From Acidimicrobiia bacterium (GTDB taxonomy: Bacteria > Actinomycetota > Acidimicrobiia > Acidimicrobiales > JANYDT01): 64,000 nucleotides of DNA. The first letter of the stretch is position 1; every line of letters begins with the position of its first letter. Below the pieces are notes generated by a model, which saw only the letters and a program-made list of their open reading frames with translations, had not been told where the DNA came from and searched no databases. Shown here piece by piece: positions 1 to 9,360 of this stretch. A program made the position numbers and the translations under genes. The stretch covers positions 217-64,216 of the forward strand of contig JANOWU010000038.1 in NCBI GenBank assembly GCA_031418035.1, in the 5' to 3' direction.

Positions 1-301
1 CAACCCGTCGATGCGCGTGGTGTGGCCGTCCGCCGACGTGGGAGGCATCCCGCCGGAGGGCGGGATCGAGGCCGCCTACAAACGTCAGCTGGCGGAGTCG
101 GCCGACCCGGCAGCTCTGCGTGCGGAAATCGAAGCGCGCATAGAAAGTGCCCGAGGCCTACTGGGGCCGCTGTCGAAGTTTCAGATCGAGGAGATGATCG
201 ATCCCCGCGACACCAGGGCACTGGTCTGCGCCTGGGTCCCGAACGCGTACCGGATTCTGTCGCACCCGAACCAACTCGGCCCCCGCCACTTCCGCCCCTA
301 A
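1..301 (+). CDS. acyl-CoA carboxylase carboxyltransferase (PccB/AccD-like) beta subunit, C-terminal fragment; 5' end lies outside the window
   Basis: Reading frame is open from the window edge. The C-terminal block ...FQIEEMIDPRDTR... is typical of carboxyltransferase C-termini. Confidence 0.55.
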   Translation, partial: NPSMRVVWPSADVGGIPPEGGIEAAYKRQLAESADPAALRAEIEARIESARGLLGPLSKFQIEEMIDPRDTRALVCAWVPNAYRILSHPNQLGPRHFRP

Positions 302-345
302 GCCCAACACGGCGACGCACGACACGCGGATCGCTGCGACCGGGG

Positions 346-422
346 CTTGTGGTGCGTTTGGCACCCTTGTGGTGCGTTTGGCCAGCCCAAACGCACCACA
401 AGCTGCCCAAACGCACCACAAG
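346..422. repeat. 77-bp composite palindromic element: 16-mer CTTGTGGTGCGTTTGG x2 direct, then x2 inverted
   Basis: Exact 16-mers at 346-361 and 366-381. Exact reverse complements at 387-402 and 407-422. A second family member lies at 26918-26994. Confidence 0.9.
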
Positions 423-560
423 CGAGCAGCGCACTCGGCGGGATCGCCGTCGGAGCAATCGCCGCGCACCTGGTCCAGGCGTGATTCCCGTTTTCTGACA
501 TCACGGACTAGAAACCGCTGCTTTCATCGAACGCTCACCAGATGTCGGTAGCGTGGTGGC

Positions 561-1265
561 ATGCGGGTGCTCGTCGTCGAAGATGAACCCAAGATGGCTG
601 CGTTGCTTCGACGCGGCATCGAAGGGCAGGGCTACGCCGTCGACGTCGCCGAAAACGGTGTCGATGCCCTGTGGTCAGCGTCGGAGATTGCCTACGACGT
701 TGTTGTCCTCGACGCGATGATCCCGGCGCCCGATGGCTTCCAGGTGTGCCGGACGATGCGCGAGCGCGAGATCTGGACCCCCGTTCTTATGCTGACGGCG
801 CGCGACGCGATCGACGATCGTGTGAACGGACTCGACGCTGGCGCCGACGACTACCTCACGAAGCCCTTTGCGTTCAGCGAGTTGTTCGCACGACTGCGGG
901 CCTTGGGTAGGCGGACGCCGACCACGCGCCCCCCGGTGCTGAGCGTTGGTGATCTGGTACTCGACCCCGCGCAGCGAAGCGTGCATCGCGGTACGACGTC
1001 GATCGATCTCTCGCCCACGGAGTTTGCCCTCACCGAGTACTTGATGCGACATGCTGGTCAGGCCAGGAGCCGAGCGCAGATCGTCGAAAACGTGTGGGAC
1101 TTCGCGTTCGACGTGAACTCGAACGTGGTCGATGTGTATATCCGTTACCTGCGCGAGAAGCTCGACCGTCCATTCAACGCTGAAACGATCGTCACCATTC
1201 GCGGTGTGGGATACATGATCCGTGATGCCGGTGCGGGCGAAGGTGCCTCCACCGGTTCTGTATGA
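561..1265 (+). CDS. OmpR-family two-component response regulator (MprA-like)
   Basis: Receiver motifs (VLVVEDE, VVVLDAMIP, LTKPF) plus a C-terminal winged-helix region (LSPTEFALTEYL...VYIRYLREKLD). Start of the next gene overlaps by 4 nt. Confidence 0.9.
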   Translation: MRVLVVEDEPKMAALLRRGIEGQGYAVDVAENGVDALWSASEIAYDVVVLDAMIPAPDGFQVCRTMREREIWTPVLMLTARDAIDDRVNGLDAGADDYLTKPFAFSELFARLRALGRRTPTTRPPVLSVGDLVLDPAQRSVHRGTTSIDLSPTEFALTEYLMRHAGQARSRAQIVENVWDFAFDVNSNVVDVYIRYLREKLDRPFNAETIVTIRGVGYMIRDAGAGEGASTGSV

Positions 1266-2704
1266 GGTGGATGCGCAAGCGAACCGTACGTTCGCGACTC
1301 ACGGCTCTTGTGGTCGTGGGGTCGGCTCTCTTAGTAGTTGCGCTTAGCACTGTGCTTTGGATCAACGAGTCGCGTCAGTCTTCGCGGCGACTCGATCGAT
1401 CACTCGAACGACGAGTCGATGCGATTGACCTTGCCCTCCGGACGAACTGGAAGTTCCCGTATCGGGAACCCTACGGACAGGCGATCGACGCCGACTATCG
1501 AATCCTCGGGATGTCCCAGGCCATTGACCTCCCTGGTCTGCTGACGCAAAGTCAGATCGACTTCGTGTTGCGCAATGGCGGACTGCAATTCCGGCGCGAT
1601 GATCCCCTTCTCGATGGCACGGCCCGCTTCCTTGCCCAGCGACGAATCATCGACAACGTGCCGGTCGTCGTCGTTGTCGGAGAAACCGAATCGGTGCTTC
1701 GCGCATCACGCAATCAGCTCTGGTTCGCAATCGCCGTCGGTGCCCCTCTGCTCGTGTTGCTCATGGGGCTCGGTGGCTGGGCTTTGGCGGGTGCGGTTCT
1801 GCGCCCCGTTCGCAAGATGACCGACGATGCGGCCGCAATCTCGCGCTTCGACGCAAAAGCCCGATTGGCATCCGGCCCGGGAAACGATGAACTGTCGCAT
1901 CTCAGTGACACCCTGAATTCGATGCTGGACCGGCTCGAGAGCTCGTTTCGACGCGAGAGGTCGTTCGTCGACGACGCGAGTCATGAGATTCGAACCCCGC
2001 TGGCCATTGTTCGCGGAGAACTCGAACTCGCGTTACTCAACTCGGGCAACCCGTCGGAGACTCAAGACGCCCTCCAACGCTCGATCGACGAAGTAGACCG
2101 GATGATCGCGCTTGCCAACGACCTGCTCGTATCGGCGAGGGCCGATGCGAAGGCGGAGTCCGAGGGAGATCCGCACGCGCTGGTGGAGTCGGGCTCATGG
2201 GAGAGCACCGACGTCGCCAGGTTGTTGGACAGTGTTCGAGATCGTTTCGGCAACGACGACAGGGTGCGTTTCGTCGAGGGCGAACACGTGGCACCCGGTA
2301 CATACGTTGCTATGCGCGCAGATCATCTTGAACGGGTCGTCCTCAACCTCTTGGAAAACGCTCGTCGGTTCGCAAAGACCACGGTGACCACTTCGTCTCG
2401 ACGCATCGGCGAGTTCGTGGAGATCGAAGTGCTCGACGACGGGCCGGGTTTTCCGCCTGACTTCATCGCGAGGGCCTTCGACCGGTTCTCGGTAGCGAGC
2501 ATGGCGCGAACGCGAACACAGGACCCAAGCGCGCAGTCGGCGAGCGGCGGGGTCGGCCTCGGGCTGGCGATCGTGGCGGACTTGATACGCCAAGTTGGCG
2601 GTTCGGTATCAGCCTCGAATCACGACCCCGAGGCGACTGATGGGTGCCATTCGGGCGCTCGTCTGATCGTGTCGGTTCCGGTTGCCAAGCCTCACGAATC
2701 GTAG
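1262..2704 (+). CDS. sensor histidine kinase (MprB-like)
   Basis: N-terminal TM segment, a second TM plus HAMP-like region (LRPVRKMTDDAAAIS), H-box SHEIRTPL, N-box LLENARRFA, G-boxes DDGPGFP and GGVGLGLAIV. Confidence 0.9.
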   Translation: MRWMRKRTVRSRLTALVVVGSALLVVALSTVLWINESRQSSRRLDRSLERRVDAIDLALRTNWKFPYREPYGQAIDADYRILGMSQAIDLPGLLTQSQIDFVLRNGGLQFRRDDPLLDGTARFLAQRRIIDNVPVVVVVGETESVLRASRNQLWFAIAVGAPLLVLLMGLGGWALAGAVLRPVRKMTDDAAAISRFDAKARLASGPGNDELSHLSDTLNSMLDRLESSFRRERSFVDDASHEIRTPLAIVRGELELALLNSGNPSETQDALQRSIDEVDRMIALANDLLVSARADAKAESEGDPHALVESGSWESTDVARLLDSVRDRFGNDDRVRFVEGEHVAPGTYVAMRADHLERVVLNLLENARRFAKTTVTTSSRRIGEFVEIEVLDDGPGFPPDFIARAFDRFSVASMARTRTQDPSAQSASGGVGLGLAIVADLIRQVGGSVSASNHDPEATDGCHSGARLIVSVPVAKPHES

Positions 2705-2738
2705 GGGTACAGATAGCTTCTGAAAGCCCGCTGTTCTC

Positions 2739-4319
2739 ATGTTCCTTTCACGGTCGCTGCGCCAAAGTGTTGTTATGACACACGACCACTCTCCACTCTC
2801 GACTCCCCTCGAGGAGAGCCCTGATCCCGAAATCCCAGCTCCTCTGTGGACCGAGTCTGGGCCTACGACTCAGCCGGCTGCCGATACCACCGACGACACG
2901 CTTCCCGCGTTCGCCGTCTCCTCCTCGGGCACCGTCTTTACGGCCGGTGAGCTTGCGGGCGGCACAGCGGTTCCCGCAGCAATGTCCATCCCCCCAGCGG
3001 CCCCGCTTCCCGGGTCGTTGGGGTTCCCCGAATCGAACGTCCGCACGACACCGTCATCGATCACCACCGGGACGACGTCGGGTGCGGCGTCACCGATGAG
3101 CGTTCCGGTTGTCGAGGGCAAACGATCGGGGAATGGTTGGGCAAAACCGGCGTTGGTCGGTGGCCTCGTGGGCGCCGTCCTCTCCAGTGCCGTGCTGGGC
3201 ACCGCACTGGTGGCGACGCGGCGCGACAACAACACGAAAGCAACAACTGCGACTGCGACCGTGTCGGCCGCGTCGTCTTCGCCGACCACCTCGTCACGTC
3301 CGATCTCGGTTATCGACGAAAAGATGGCGGGCCCGCTGAAGATCCGAGAGATTCTGACGACGGTGCAACCCGCAGTGGTCAGCATTGCTACGCAATCGGG
3401 GTTCTCGATCAACGAGTTCGACCAAACCGGTGCCGGCACCGGCATGGTCGTCACGTCGGATGGCTACATTCTCACCAACAACCACGTGATTGCTTCCGCA
3501 ACGACCGTGAAGGTGACGTTCTCCGACCGAAAGGTCCGCAATGCAGTCGTGGTCGGCATCGATCCTTCGAATGATGTCGCCCTGATCAAGGTCAACGCGA
3601 CCGGCTTGCCGAGTGTGAAGCTCGGAAAGTCCAAAGCCCTCCAGGTCGGCGATCAGGTCGTCGCGATCGGAAATGCGCTTGCCCTTCCCGGTGGCCCCAC
3701 GGTCACGACCGGGATCGTGTCTGCGTTGAACAGGTCGCTGGAAGGTGACGGCGAAACGCTCGAGGGACTCATCCAGACCGACGCGGCAATCAATCCCGGA
3801 AACTCTGGCGGTCCCTTGGTGAACAGTGCGGGTGAGGTTGTCGGGATGAACACGGCAATCATCAGGAACACGGCCAACATCGGCTTCTCGATCGCCTCTG
3901 ATCGGTTCAGCCCGATCCTCGACAAGTTGAAGGCAAACGCCAAGAGCAACGGCGACGTCTTCAAGCCCCGCACGTTCCTCGGTGTGACCATGTACGAGCT
4001 GACCCCTGATCTCGTCGAGCGTTTTGGTCTCGGTACCGACAAGGGCGTCTTGGTGGCCGACGTCAACATCGGGTCGCCCGCCGACAACGCCGGACTTCAA
4101 GCCGGGGACGTCGTGGTGAAGTTCGATGGCAAGACCGTCACCAGGTCCGAGGAGTTGAAGGATCTTGTGCAAGGCCGCAAACCGGGAGACGTGGTTGTCG
4201 TCTCGTGGGTTACCCGGGATGGTCGCAAGATGGAAGCGAACATCGAACTCGGATCAGCTCGGCGGATAACCGCTCCGGCCGCTCCTGTTCCGGACAACGG
4301 GAACCCGTTCCTGCCGTAG
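2739..4319 (+). CDS. HtrA/PepD-like trypsin-family serine protease with PDZ domain and a long low-complexity N-terminal region
   Basis: Catalytic triad contexts TNNHVI, DVALIKV and GNSGGPLV. PDZ-like GVLVADVNIGSPADNAGLQAGDVVVKFDG. TM segment ALVGGLVGAVLSSAVLGTALV. The start could instead be the internal Met at 2775. Confidence 0.85.
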   Translation: MFLSRSLRQSVVMTHDHSPLSTPLEESPDPEIPAPLWTESGPTTQPAADTTDDTLPAFAVSSSGTVFTAGELAGGTAVPAAMSIPPAAPLPGSLGFPESNVRTTPSSITTGTTSGAASPMSVPVVEGKRSGNGWAKPALVGGLVGAVLSSAVLGTALVATRRDNNTKATTATATVSAASSSPTTSSRPISVIDEKMAGPLKIREILTTVQPAVVSIATQSGFSINEFDQTGAGTGMVVTSDGYILTNNHVIASATTVKVTFSDRKVRNAVVVGIDPSNDVALIKVNATGLPSVKLGKSKALQVGDQVVAIGNALALPGGPTVTTGIVSALNRSLEGDGETLEGLIQTDAAINPGNSGGPLVNSAGEVVGMNTAIIRNTANIGFSIASDRFSPILDKLKANAKSNGDVFKPRTFLGVTMYELTPDLVERFGLGTDKGVLVADVNIGSPADNAGLQAGDVVVKFDGKTVTRSEELKDLVQGRKPGDVVVVSWVTRDGRKMEANIELGSARRITAPAAPVPDNGNPFLP

Positions 4320-4342
4320 GAGCCACGTACAACGTACAAATA

Positions 4343-5026
4343 CTATTCCTTGATCAGGGTTTGCGCCCTGGTGAAGATGGCGTCGAACATTGGCTCGGTC
4401 AATCGACCGGTGAACGTGTTCTGTTGGCTCGGATGAAACGAGCACAGAACCGTCACCGGTCGGTGCTCGTTCAGCGTCACGACGCCCCGAGCCTCGACTC
4501 CATGCCCGAACTTCGGCTTGCTCACGAGTTGTACATGACGAGAGACGACATCATATGCGAACTGACCAAGTGCCACGATCACGCGAAGATTCCTCAGCAA
4601 TGCCAACTCGCGTTCGAGATACGGTCGACACGCATCGCGCTCTGCGGGATCGGGTTTGTTTCCCGGTGGCGCGCAACGCACTGCCGCATTCACATAGGCG
4701 TCGACCAGTCGGAGGCCATCGTGAGCGTCTGTACTCGTAGGTTGATTCGCGAAACCTGCCCGATGCAGTGCTCGGAAGAGCCAGTCGCCGGAGCGGTCGC
4801 CGGTGAAGACACGTCCCGTGCGGTTGGCCCCATGCGCGGCCGGCGCCAAGCCCAGGATCAGCAACGACGCTGCGGGGTCGCCAAACCCGGGCACGGGGCG
4901 TCCCCAATACGTGTCGTCGATATATGCGGCCCGTTTGACCACGGCAACTTCGCGACACCAATTCACCAGCCTCGGACACGCCTCGCAGGTCGTGATGTCT
5001 TTGCGAAGCTTGGCCAAGGAATCCAT
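4343..5026 (-). CDS. udgB: uracil-DNA glycosylase, family 5 (UdgB-like)
   Basis: Cys-cluster TTCEACPRL and motif GLAPAAHGANRTGRVFTGD. Start placed at ATG 5026 (MDSLAKLRKD), but the ORF stays open to 5197 through an in-frame 57-bp tandem repeat. Confidence 0.75.
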   Translation of the reverse strand: MDSLAKLRKDITTCEACPRLVNWCREVAVVKRAAYIDDTYWGRPVPGFGDPAASLLILGLAPAAHGANRTGRVFTGDRSGDWLFRALHRAGFANQPTSTDAHDGLRLVDAYVNAAVRCAPPGNKPDPAERDACRPYLERELALLRNLRVIVALGQFAYDVVSRHVQLVSKPKFGHGVEARGVVTLNEHRPVTVLCSFHPSQQNTFTGRLTEPMFDAIFTRAQTLIKE

Positions 5027-5142
5027 GCCATGAGTCTGGCGCACGAAATACGAGCGTCTCGTCGGCCGACGGGTTGCCCTCCGGCCATGAGTCTGGCTCG
5101 CGAAATAGGAGCGTCTCGTCGGCCGATGGGTTTGCCCTCCGG
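5027..5142. repeat. tandem direct repeat, 57 bp x2, in the udgB / phosphatase divergent region
   Basis: gccatgagtctggcgcacgaaatacgagcgtctcgtcggccgacgggttgccctccg is followed by a near-identical copy starting at 5084. Copy 1 contains the 12-bp palindrome CGTCGGCCGACG. Confidence 0.9.
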
Positions 5143-5157
5143 TAAGGTCGAAGGTGC

Positions 5158-5808
5158 ATGGTGACGCGAACCAAACCTCCTGCTCCCCCTTCGACACTTG
5201 TCCTTCTGGTCCGCCACGGTCAAACCCCGACGACCGGTATCAAGCTCCCCGGTCGCGCCAAAGGACTCCATTTGAGCGACGTCGGCCAGAAGCAGGCGGA
5301 GACCGTCGCCGCGCAACTCGACACGGTTACGAAGATCGATGCGATCTACGCCTCACCCCTCGAGCGAGCCCGCGAAACGGCGCTCCCCCTTGCGAAACGT
5401 CGTCAGCTGTCGGTGAGAATCGACCGGGGCCTCTTCGAATGCGACTTTGGGGATTGGACCGGCGAGGCACTGAAGGACCTCTATAAGAAGCCTGAATGGT
5501 CGACTGTCCAGCGGTATCCGTCGGGGTTTCGATTTCCCAATGGCGAGTCCTTCTCCGAAATGCAAACCCGCATGGTTTCCTGCATCGGCCGCCTCGTCGC
5601 AGGTCACCCGGGAGGCACGGTCGTCTTGGTGAGTCATGCCGATCCCATCAAGGCCGCAGTTGCCGATGCGTTGGGAACCCACCTGGATCTCTTCCAACGA
5701 ATTTCCATCTCCACCTGTTCGGTCACGGCCATTGCGTACAGCTCGGCCGGCCCAAACGTCCTCACCGTCAACGCCACCTATGATTTGGGAAAACTGAAGC
5801 CATCGTGA
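5158..5808 (+). CDS. histidine phosphatase (phosphoglycerate-mutase-like) family protein
   Basis: N-terminal LVLLVRHGQT (RHG motif) and a later VSHADPIK His motif. Its stop overlaps the next start (GTGA). Confidence 0.8.
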   Translation: MVTRTKPPAPPSTLVLLVRHGQTPTTGIKLPGRAKGLHLSDVGQKQAETVAAQLDTVTKIDAIYASPLERARETALPLAKRRQLSVRIDRGLFECDFGDWTGEALKDLYKKPEWSTVQRYPSGFRFPNGESFSEMQTRMVSCIGRLVAGHPGGTVVLVSHADPIKAAVADALGTHLDLFQRISISTCSVTAIAYSSAGPNVLTVNATYDLGKLKPS

Positions 5809-6290
5809 GTTCTCGTTTTGACCTCCCCGCAGTTGACCGTTTCGTCGTCGGCACCATTGGCATGCCGGGGGACCGCACGTTCTATTTCCAATCGGTTGTC
5901 GGGCGCGACGTCTTGTCGTTCAAGTGTGAGAAGGCACAGGTCGCCGCCCTCGTCAACGCTCTCGGTCAGCTCATCTCCGAACTTCCACCACCTGATCCCG
6001 AGGCACCTCCGTTCATGGCTCTCGATCTTCCCCTGCTCGAGGAATGGACCGTCGGCGTCATCGGTCTTGCCTACGACGGCGAGGCCGATATGGTGGTTCT
6101 GGTTCTGGAGGAAATTCAGCGAACGCCCGACGCCACCGACGGCGGAAAGGCACAGTTCCGCCTCACTCGTTCGCAGATCATGGGTCTCACCCTTCACGGT
6201 GAGAACCTCATTACCGCTGGCCGTCCGCTCTGTGAAGTTTGCGGCGCCGCGATCGACCCGGAAGGGTACAACTGCTCGTGCAACAACTAG
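5805..6290 (+). CDS. DUF3090-like conserved actinobacterial protein with a C-terminal Cys-rich tail
   Basis: 161 aa. C-terminal CEVCGAAIDPEGYNCSCNN. Translationally coupled to the phosphatase gene. Family assignment is from memory of conserved actinobacterial gene trios. Confidence 0.6.
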   Translation: MSSRFDLPAVDRFVVGTIGMPGDRTFYFQSVVGRDVLSFKCEKAQVAALVNALGQLISELPPPDPEAPPFMALDLPLLEEWTVGVIGLAYDGEADMVVLVLEEIQRTPDATDGGKAQFRLTRSQIMGLTLHGENLITAGRPLCEVCGAAIDPEGYNCSCNN

Positions 6291-6311
6291 GCCTTCGTCT
6301 CGGGCGATGAT

Positions 6312-7070
6312 ATGTCTACAGATGAATCGGTAACCCCAGCAGCCGAGTTCGATCTCTTTGTCGAGGGCGAGATGGAGATCGAAGGGCGGATGCCGTGGAG
6401 TTCGAACGCCACGTTCCTCGTGAATATCTCTGCAGGACCGTCCGATGACCCCACCGCGGAGGTTCTGAAGGGAATCTACAAACCGCTGAAAGGGGAGCGT
6501 CCGCTCTGGGACTTCCCCAACGGCCTCTTTCGTCGAGAAGTCGCCGCGTTCGAGCTTGCGCACTTCCTCGGTTGGGACGTGATCCCCCGGACCGTCGTCC
6601 GCGACGGACCGTTCGGAGTTGGTTCGGTTCAGTGGTTCGTCGACGCCGACTTCGAACAGCACTACTTCACGATGCTCGAGAAGCGACCCGAACTCCACGA
6701 TCAACTTCGGACCCTGGCGGCCTTCGACATTCTCGCGAACAACGCGGACCGCAAGGGCGGACACGTGCTCGTGCTTCCCGGTCCGGCGGGGGACCCGGAC
6801 ACGATCTGGGGAATCGACCAGGGACTGTGCTTCCACGACGAGCCGAAACTGCGAACGGTTATGTGGGACTTTGCCACCGAAAAGATTCCGGCCGTTCTGC
6901 TCCCTGACATCGAGCGACTGGCGATGCTCGACGTGTCAAGTGACCCGTTCGGTGACCTGTTGGTCGACGACGAATGTGGCGCACTCGTCGAGCGAGCGCG
7001 AAAGCTCCTCCGAAAACCGGTGTTTCCTCGGCCGACGTCGAATTACGCGTACCCCTGGCCCATGGTTTGA
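6312..7070 (+). CDS. SCO1664-family protein (PI3/PI4-kinase-like fold predicted)
   Basis: Kinase-like catalytic-loop context NNADRKGGHVL and metal-binding-like WGIDQGLCFH. Third member of the conserved trio. Confidence 0.6.
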   Translation: MSTDESVTPAAEFDLFVEGEMEIEGRMPWSSNATFLVNISAGPSDDPTAEVLKGIYKPLKGERPLWDFPNGLFRREVAAFELAHFLGWDVIPRTVVRDGPFGVGSVQWFVDADFEQHYFTMLEKRPELHDQLRTLAAFDILANNADRKGGHVLVLPGPAGDPDTIWGIDQGLCFHDEPKLRTVMWDFATEKIPAVLLPDIERLAMLDVSSDPFGDLLVDDECGALVERARKLLRKPVFPRPTSNYAYPWPMV

Positions 7071-7098
7071 TCCACGGGCCTGGGCTCCGGGGGGCCAG

Positions 7099-8787
7099 TT
7101 AGGGAAGGGTGACGGCGCCGGTATCAGCGCCCTGCACCAGGACGGCATACTTCGCCAGCACCCCGCTGCTGTAGCGAGGGGTCGGGAGCTTCCATTCGGC
7201 CTTGCGCTTCTCGAGCTCTGCGGAATCAACGAGCAGTTCGAGTCCGCGCGCGGGCACATCGATGCGGATCATGTCGCCGTCTCGAACGAACGCAATCGGT
7301 CCACCTTCGACGGCTTCGGGCGCAACGTGACCGATGCAGAAGCCCCAGGTGCCACCCGAGAAGCGGCCGTCGGTGATGAGGGCGCAATCGCTCCCGCGGC
7401 CGGCCCCTTTCATGGCTCCCGTTACGGCGAGCATCTCGCGCATACCGGGTCCGCCCTTGGGGCCCTCATAACGAATGACGACGACGGTGCCCGGCGCAAT
7501 TTCTCCGGCCAGAATCGCGTCCATCGCACCGTCTTCGCCCTCGAACACGCGCGCCGGTCCCTCGAATTCCATCTGAGCTTTCGTCAGGCCGGCAACCTTT
7601 ACGACGCTGCCCTTGGGGGCCAGCGATCCGTGCAACACCACGATGCCACCGTCTTTGTGGATCGGGTCCGACAGTGGGTGAATCACGACGCCATCGGGCT
7701 TGGGTGGGTTCAGTTCGGCGAGGTTCTCCGCCATCGTCTTGCCGGTGACCGTCATCACATCGCCGTGGAGCAGGCCGTTTTCGAGAAGATGGGCCAACAC
7801 GACGGGAACGCCACCGACCCGGTCGATGTCGGTCATGTGGAACTTGCCACCGGGCTTGGTATCGGCGATGTGCGAAATGCGTTCGCCGACGCGGTTGAAA
7901 TCAGCGAGGGTGAGATCGACGCGGGCTTCATGCGCAATCGCCAGAAGGTGGAGGACGGCGTTGGTCGATCCGCCGAGCGCGAGTGTCACCGCAATCGCAT
8001 TCTCGAATGCTTTCATCGTCATGATCTGACGCGCGGTGATGCCCTTTTCGATGAGTCCCATTAGGGCGATACCACTCGCGTAGGCGAAGTCGTCGCGACG
8101 AGAATCGATGGCCGGCGCGCTTGCGCTTCCCGGCAACGCCATGCCGATTGCCTCGCTGATGCTCGCCATGGTGTTCGCGGTGAACATGCCCGCACACGAA
8201 CCCTCCGTGGGGCAGGCATGGCGTTCGATGTACGACAGCTCCTCATCAGTAAGCGCGCCTACGGCATGGCTACCCACCGCCTCGAACACGGACGTGATGT
8301 CGAGCGCTTCACCGTTGGCCCCGACGCCGGGGAGGATCGAACCGCCATACAGAAAGATGCTCGGAAGGTCAAGGCGGGCGGCCGCCATCAACATGCCGGG
8401 GAGGCTCTTGTCGCATCCGGCGAACGTGGCCAACGCGTCGAAACGTTCGGCGTGCATGACCGTTTCCACCGAGTCGGCGATAACCTCACGACTCACCAGC
8501 GAGGCACGCATGCCTTCGTGGCCCATCGAAATACCATCCGACACGGCGATGGTGACGAACTCGATCGGGAACCCGCCGGCCGCTCGAATGCCTTCCTTGG
8601 AGCGCTTGGCCAGGCGATCCAGTGGCATGTTGCATGGAGTGACTTCGTTCCAACTGGAGGCGACGCCGACCTGTGGTTTGTCGAAGTCTGCATCGGTCAT
8701 TCCGATGGCACGAAGCATGGAGCGGGCCGGGGCCTTCTTGGGTCCCTCGGTCACATCGGTGGATCGCAGCTTTTGTGGGTTGGCCAT
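7099..8787 (-). CDS. ilvD: dihydroxy-acid dehydratase
   Basis: 562 aa. The N-terminus (...[35 protein letters not shown]) and the CDKSLPG and [10 protein letters not shown] blocks are diagnostic of IlvD/Edd. Confidence 0.95.
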   Translation of the reverse strand: MANPQKLRSTDVTEGPKKAPARSMLRAIGMTDADFDKPQVGVASSWNEVTPCNMPLDRLAKRSKEGIRAAGGFPIEFVTIAVSDGISMGHEGMRASLVSREVIADSVETVMHAERFDALATFAGCDKSLPGMLMAAARLDLPSIFLYGGSILPGVGANGEALDITSVFEAVGSHAVGALTDEELSYIERHACPTEGSCAGMFTANTMASISEAIGMALPGSASAPAIDSRRDDFAYASGIALMGLIEKGITARQIMTMKAFENAIAVTLALGGSTNAVLHLLAIAHEARVDLTLADFNRVGERISHIADTKPGGKFHMTDIDRVGGVPVVLAHLLENGLLHGDVMTVTGKTMAENLAELNPPKPDGVVIHPLSDPIHKDGGIVVLHGSLAPKGSVVKVAGLTKAQMEFEGPARVFEGEDGAMDAILAGEIAPGTVVVIRYEGPKGGPGMREMLAVTGAMKGAGRGSDCALITDGRFSGGTWGFCIGHVAPEAVEGGPIAFVRDGDMIRIDVPARGLELLVDSAELEKRKAEWKLPTPRYSSGVLAKYAVLVQGADTGAVTLP

Positions 8788-8829
8788 GTGGCCATGCTAG
8801 CGGGGCCGACTTTGCGTCCCCGACTTGCT

Positions 8830-9306
8830 TTAGGCCGCGATGAGTTGCGCTACAACGCGTTGGGCAGCGTCGCGCTCGCCTGAATCGGCGGCCGGACTGA
8901 GCTTGGAAACGACATCGAGAACGGTGCGTGCGTCGTCGTCCTTGAGGGCAATCGTCTGATGGGTGCCGTCGTTGAGGAGGAGCGACAGGGATCGTCGGTT
9001 ACCGGGGAGGACCTTCGAGTCCAGGAGCAGCGCGGTGACAATGCCGGGTTCGCTGAGCGCTCGGAGGAACGGCGCTCCCTGCTTGGACTGTGACCAGCCG
9101 ATGAGGAACGGAATGACACCGAAGAGAACCGCGAGGAGTCCGACCACGATCCCAAGCTTGGAGACCGCAGTCTCGACCTGCCAGGAGGTGACGGCAAGTC
9201 CAAGACCAAGCACCGTGAGCATCATGCCGCTTCGTCCGACACGCATACCGCTTTGCACGACAATCTTGCGTGCGGCCTTTGATCGTTCTTCGAAAAGGTT
9301 CTCCAT
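8830..9306 (-). CDS. hypothetical membrane protein (two TM segments plus a soluble C-terminal domain)
   Basis: TM stretches MMLTVLGLGLAVTSW and IVVGLLAVLFGVIPFLIGW. The start is ambiguous between ATG 9306 and GTG 9336. Confidence 0.45.
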   Translation of the reverse strand: MENLFEERSKAARKIVVQSGMRVGRSGMMLTVLGLGLAVTSWQVETAVSKLGIVVGLLAVLFGVIPFLIGWSQSKQGAPFLRALSEPGIVTALLLDSKVLPGNRRSLSLLLNDGTHQTIALKDDDARTVLDVVSKLSPAADSGERDAAQRVVAQLIAA

Positions 9307-9360
9307 GTCTTCCCATCGACACGAAAACGGCGTCACTTGAGCGCGGTCGGTCCAGCCCGG

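Noticed and set aside
4205-5164. 319-aa plus-strand ORF
   Set aside because: It is antisense to udgB and has no motifs.
6619-8064. 481-aa plus-strand ORF overlapping SCO1664-like and ilvD
   Set aside because: It runs antisense through ilvD, which is unambiguous, and has no recognisable motifs.
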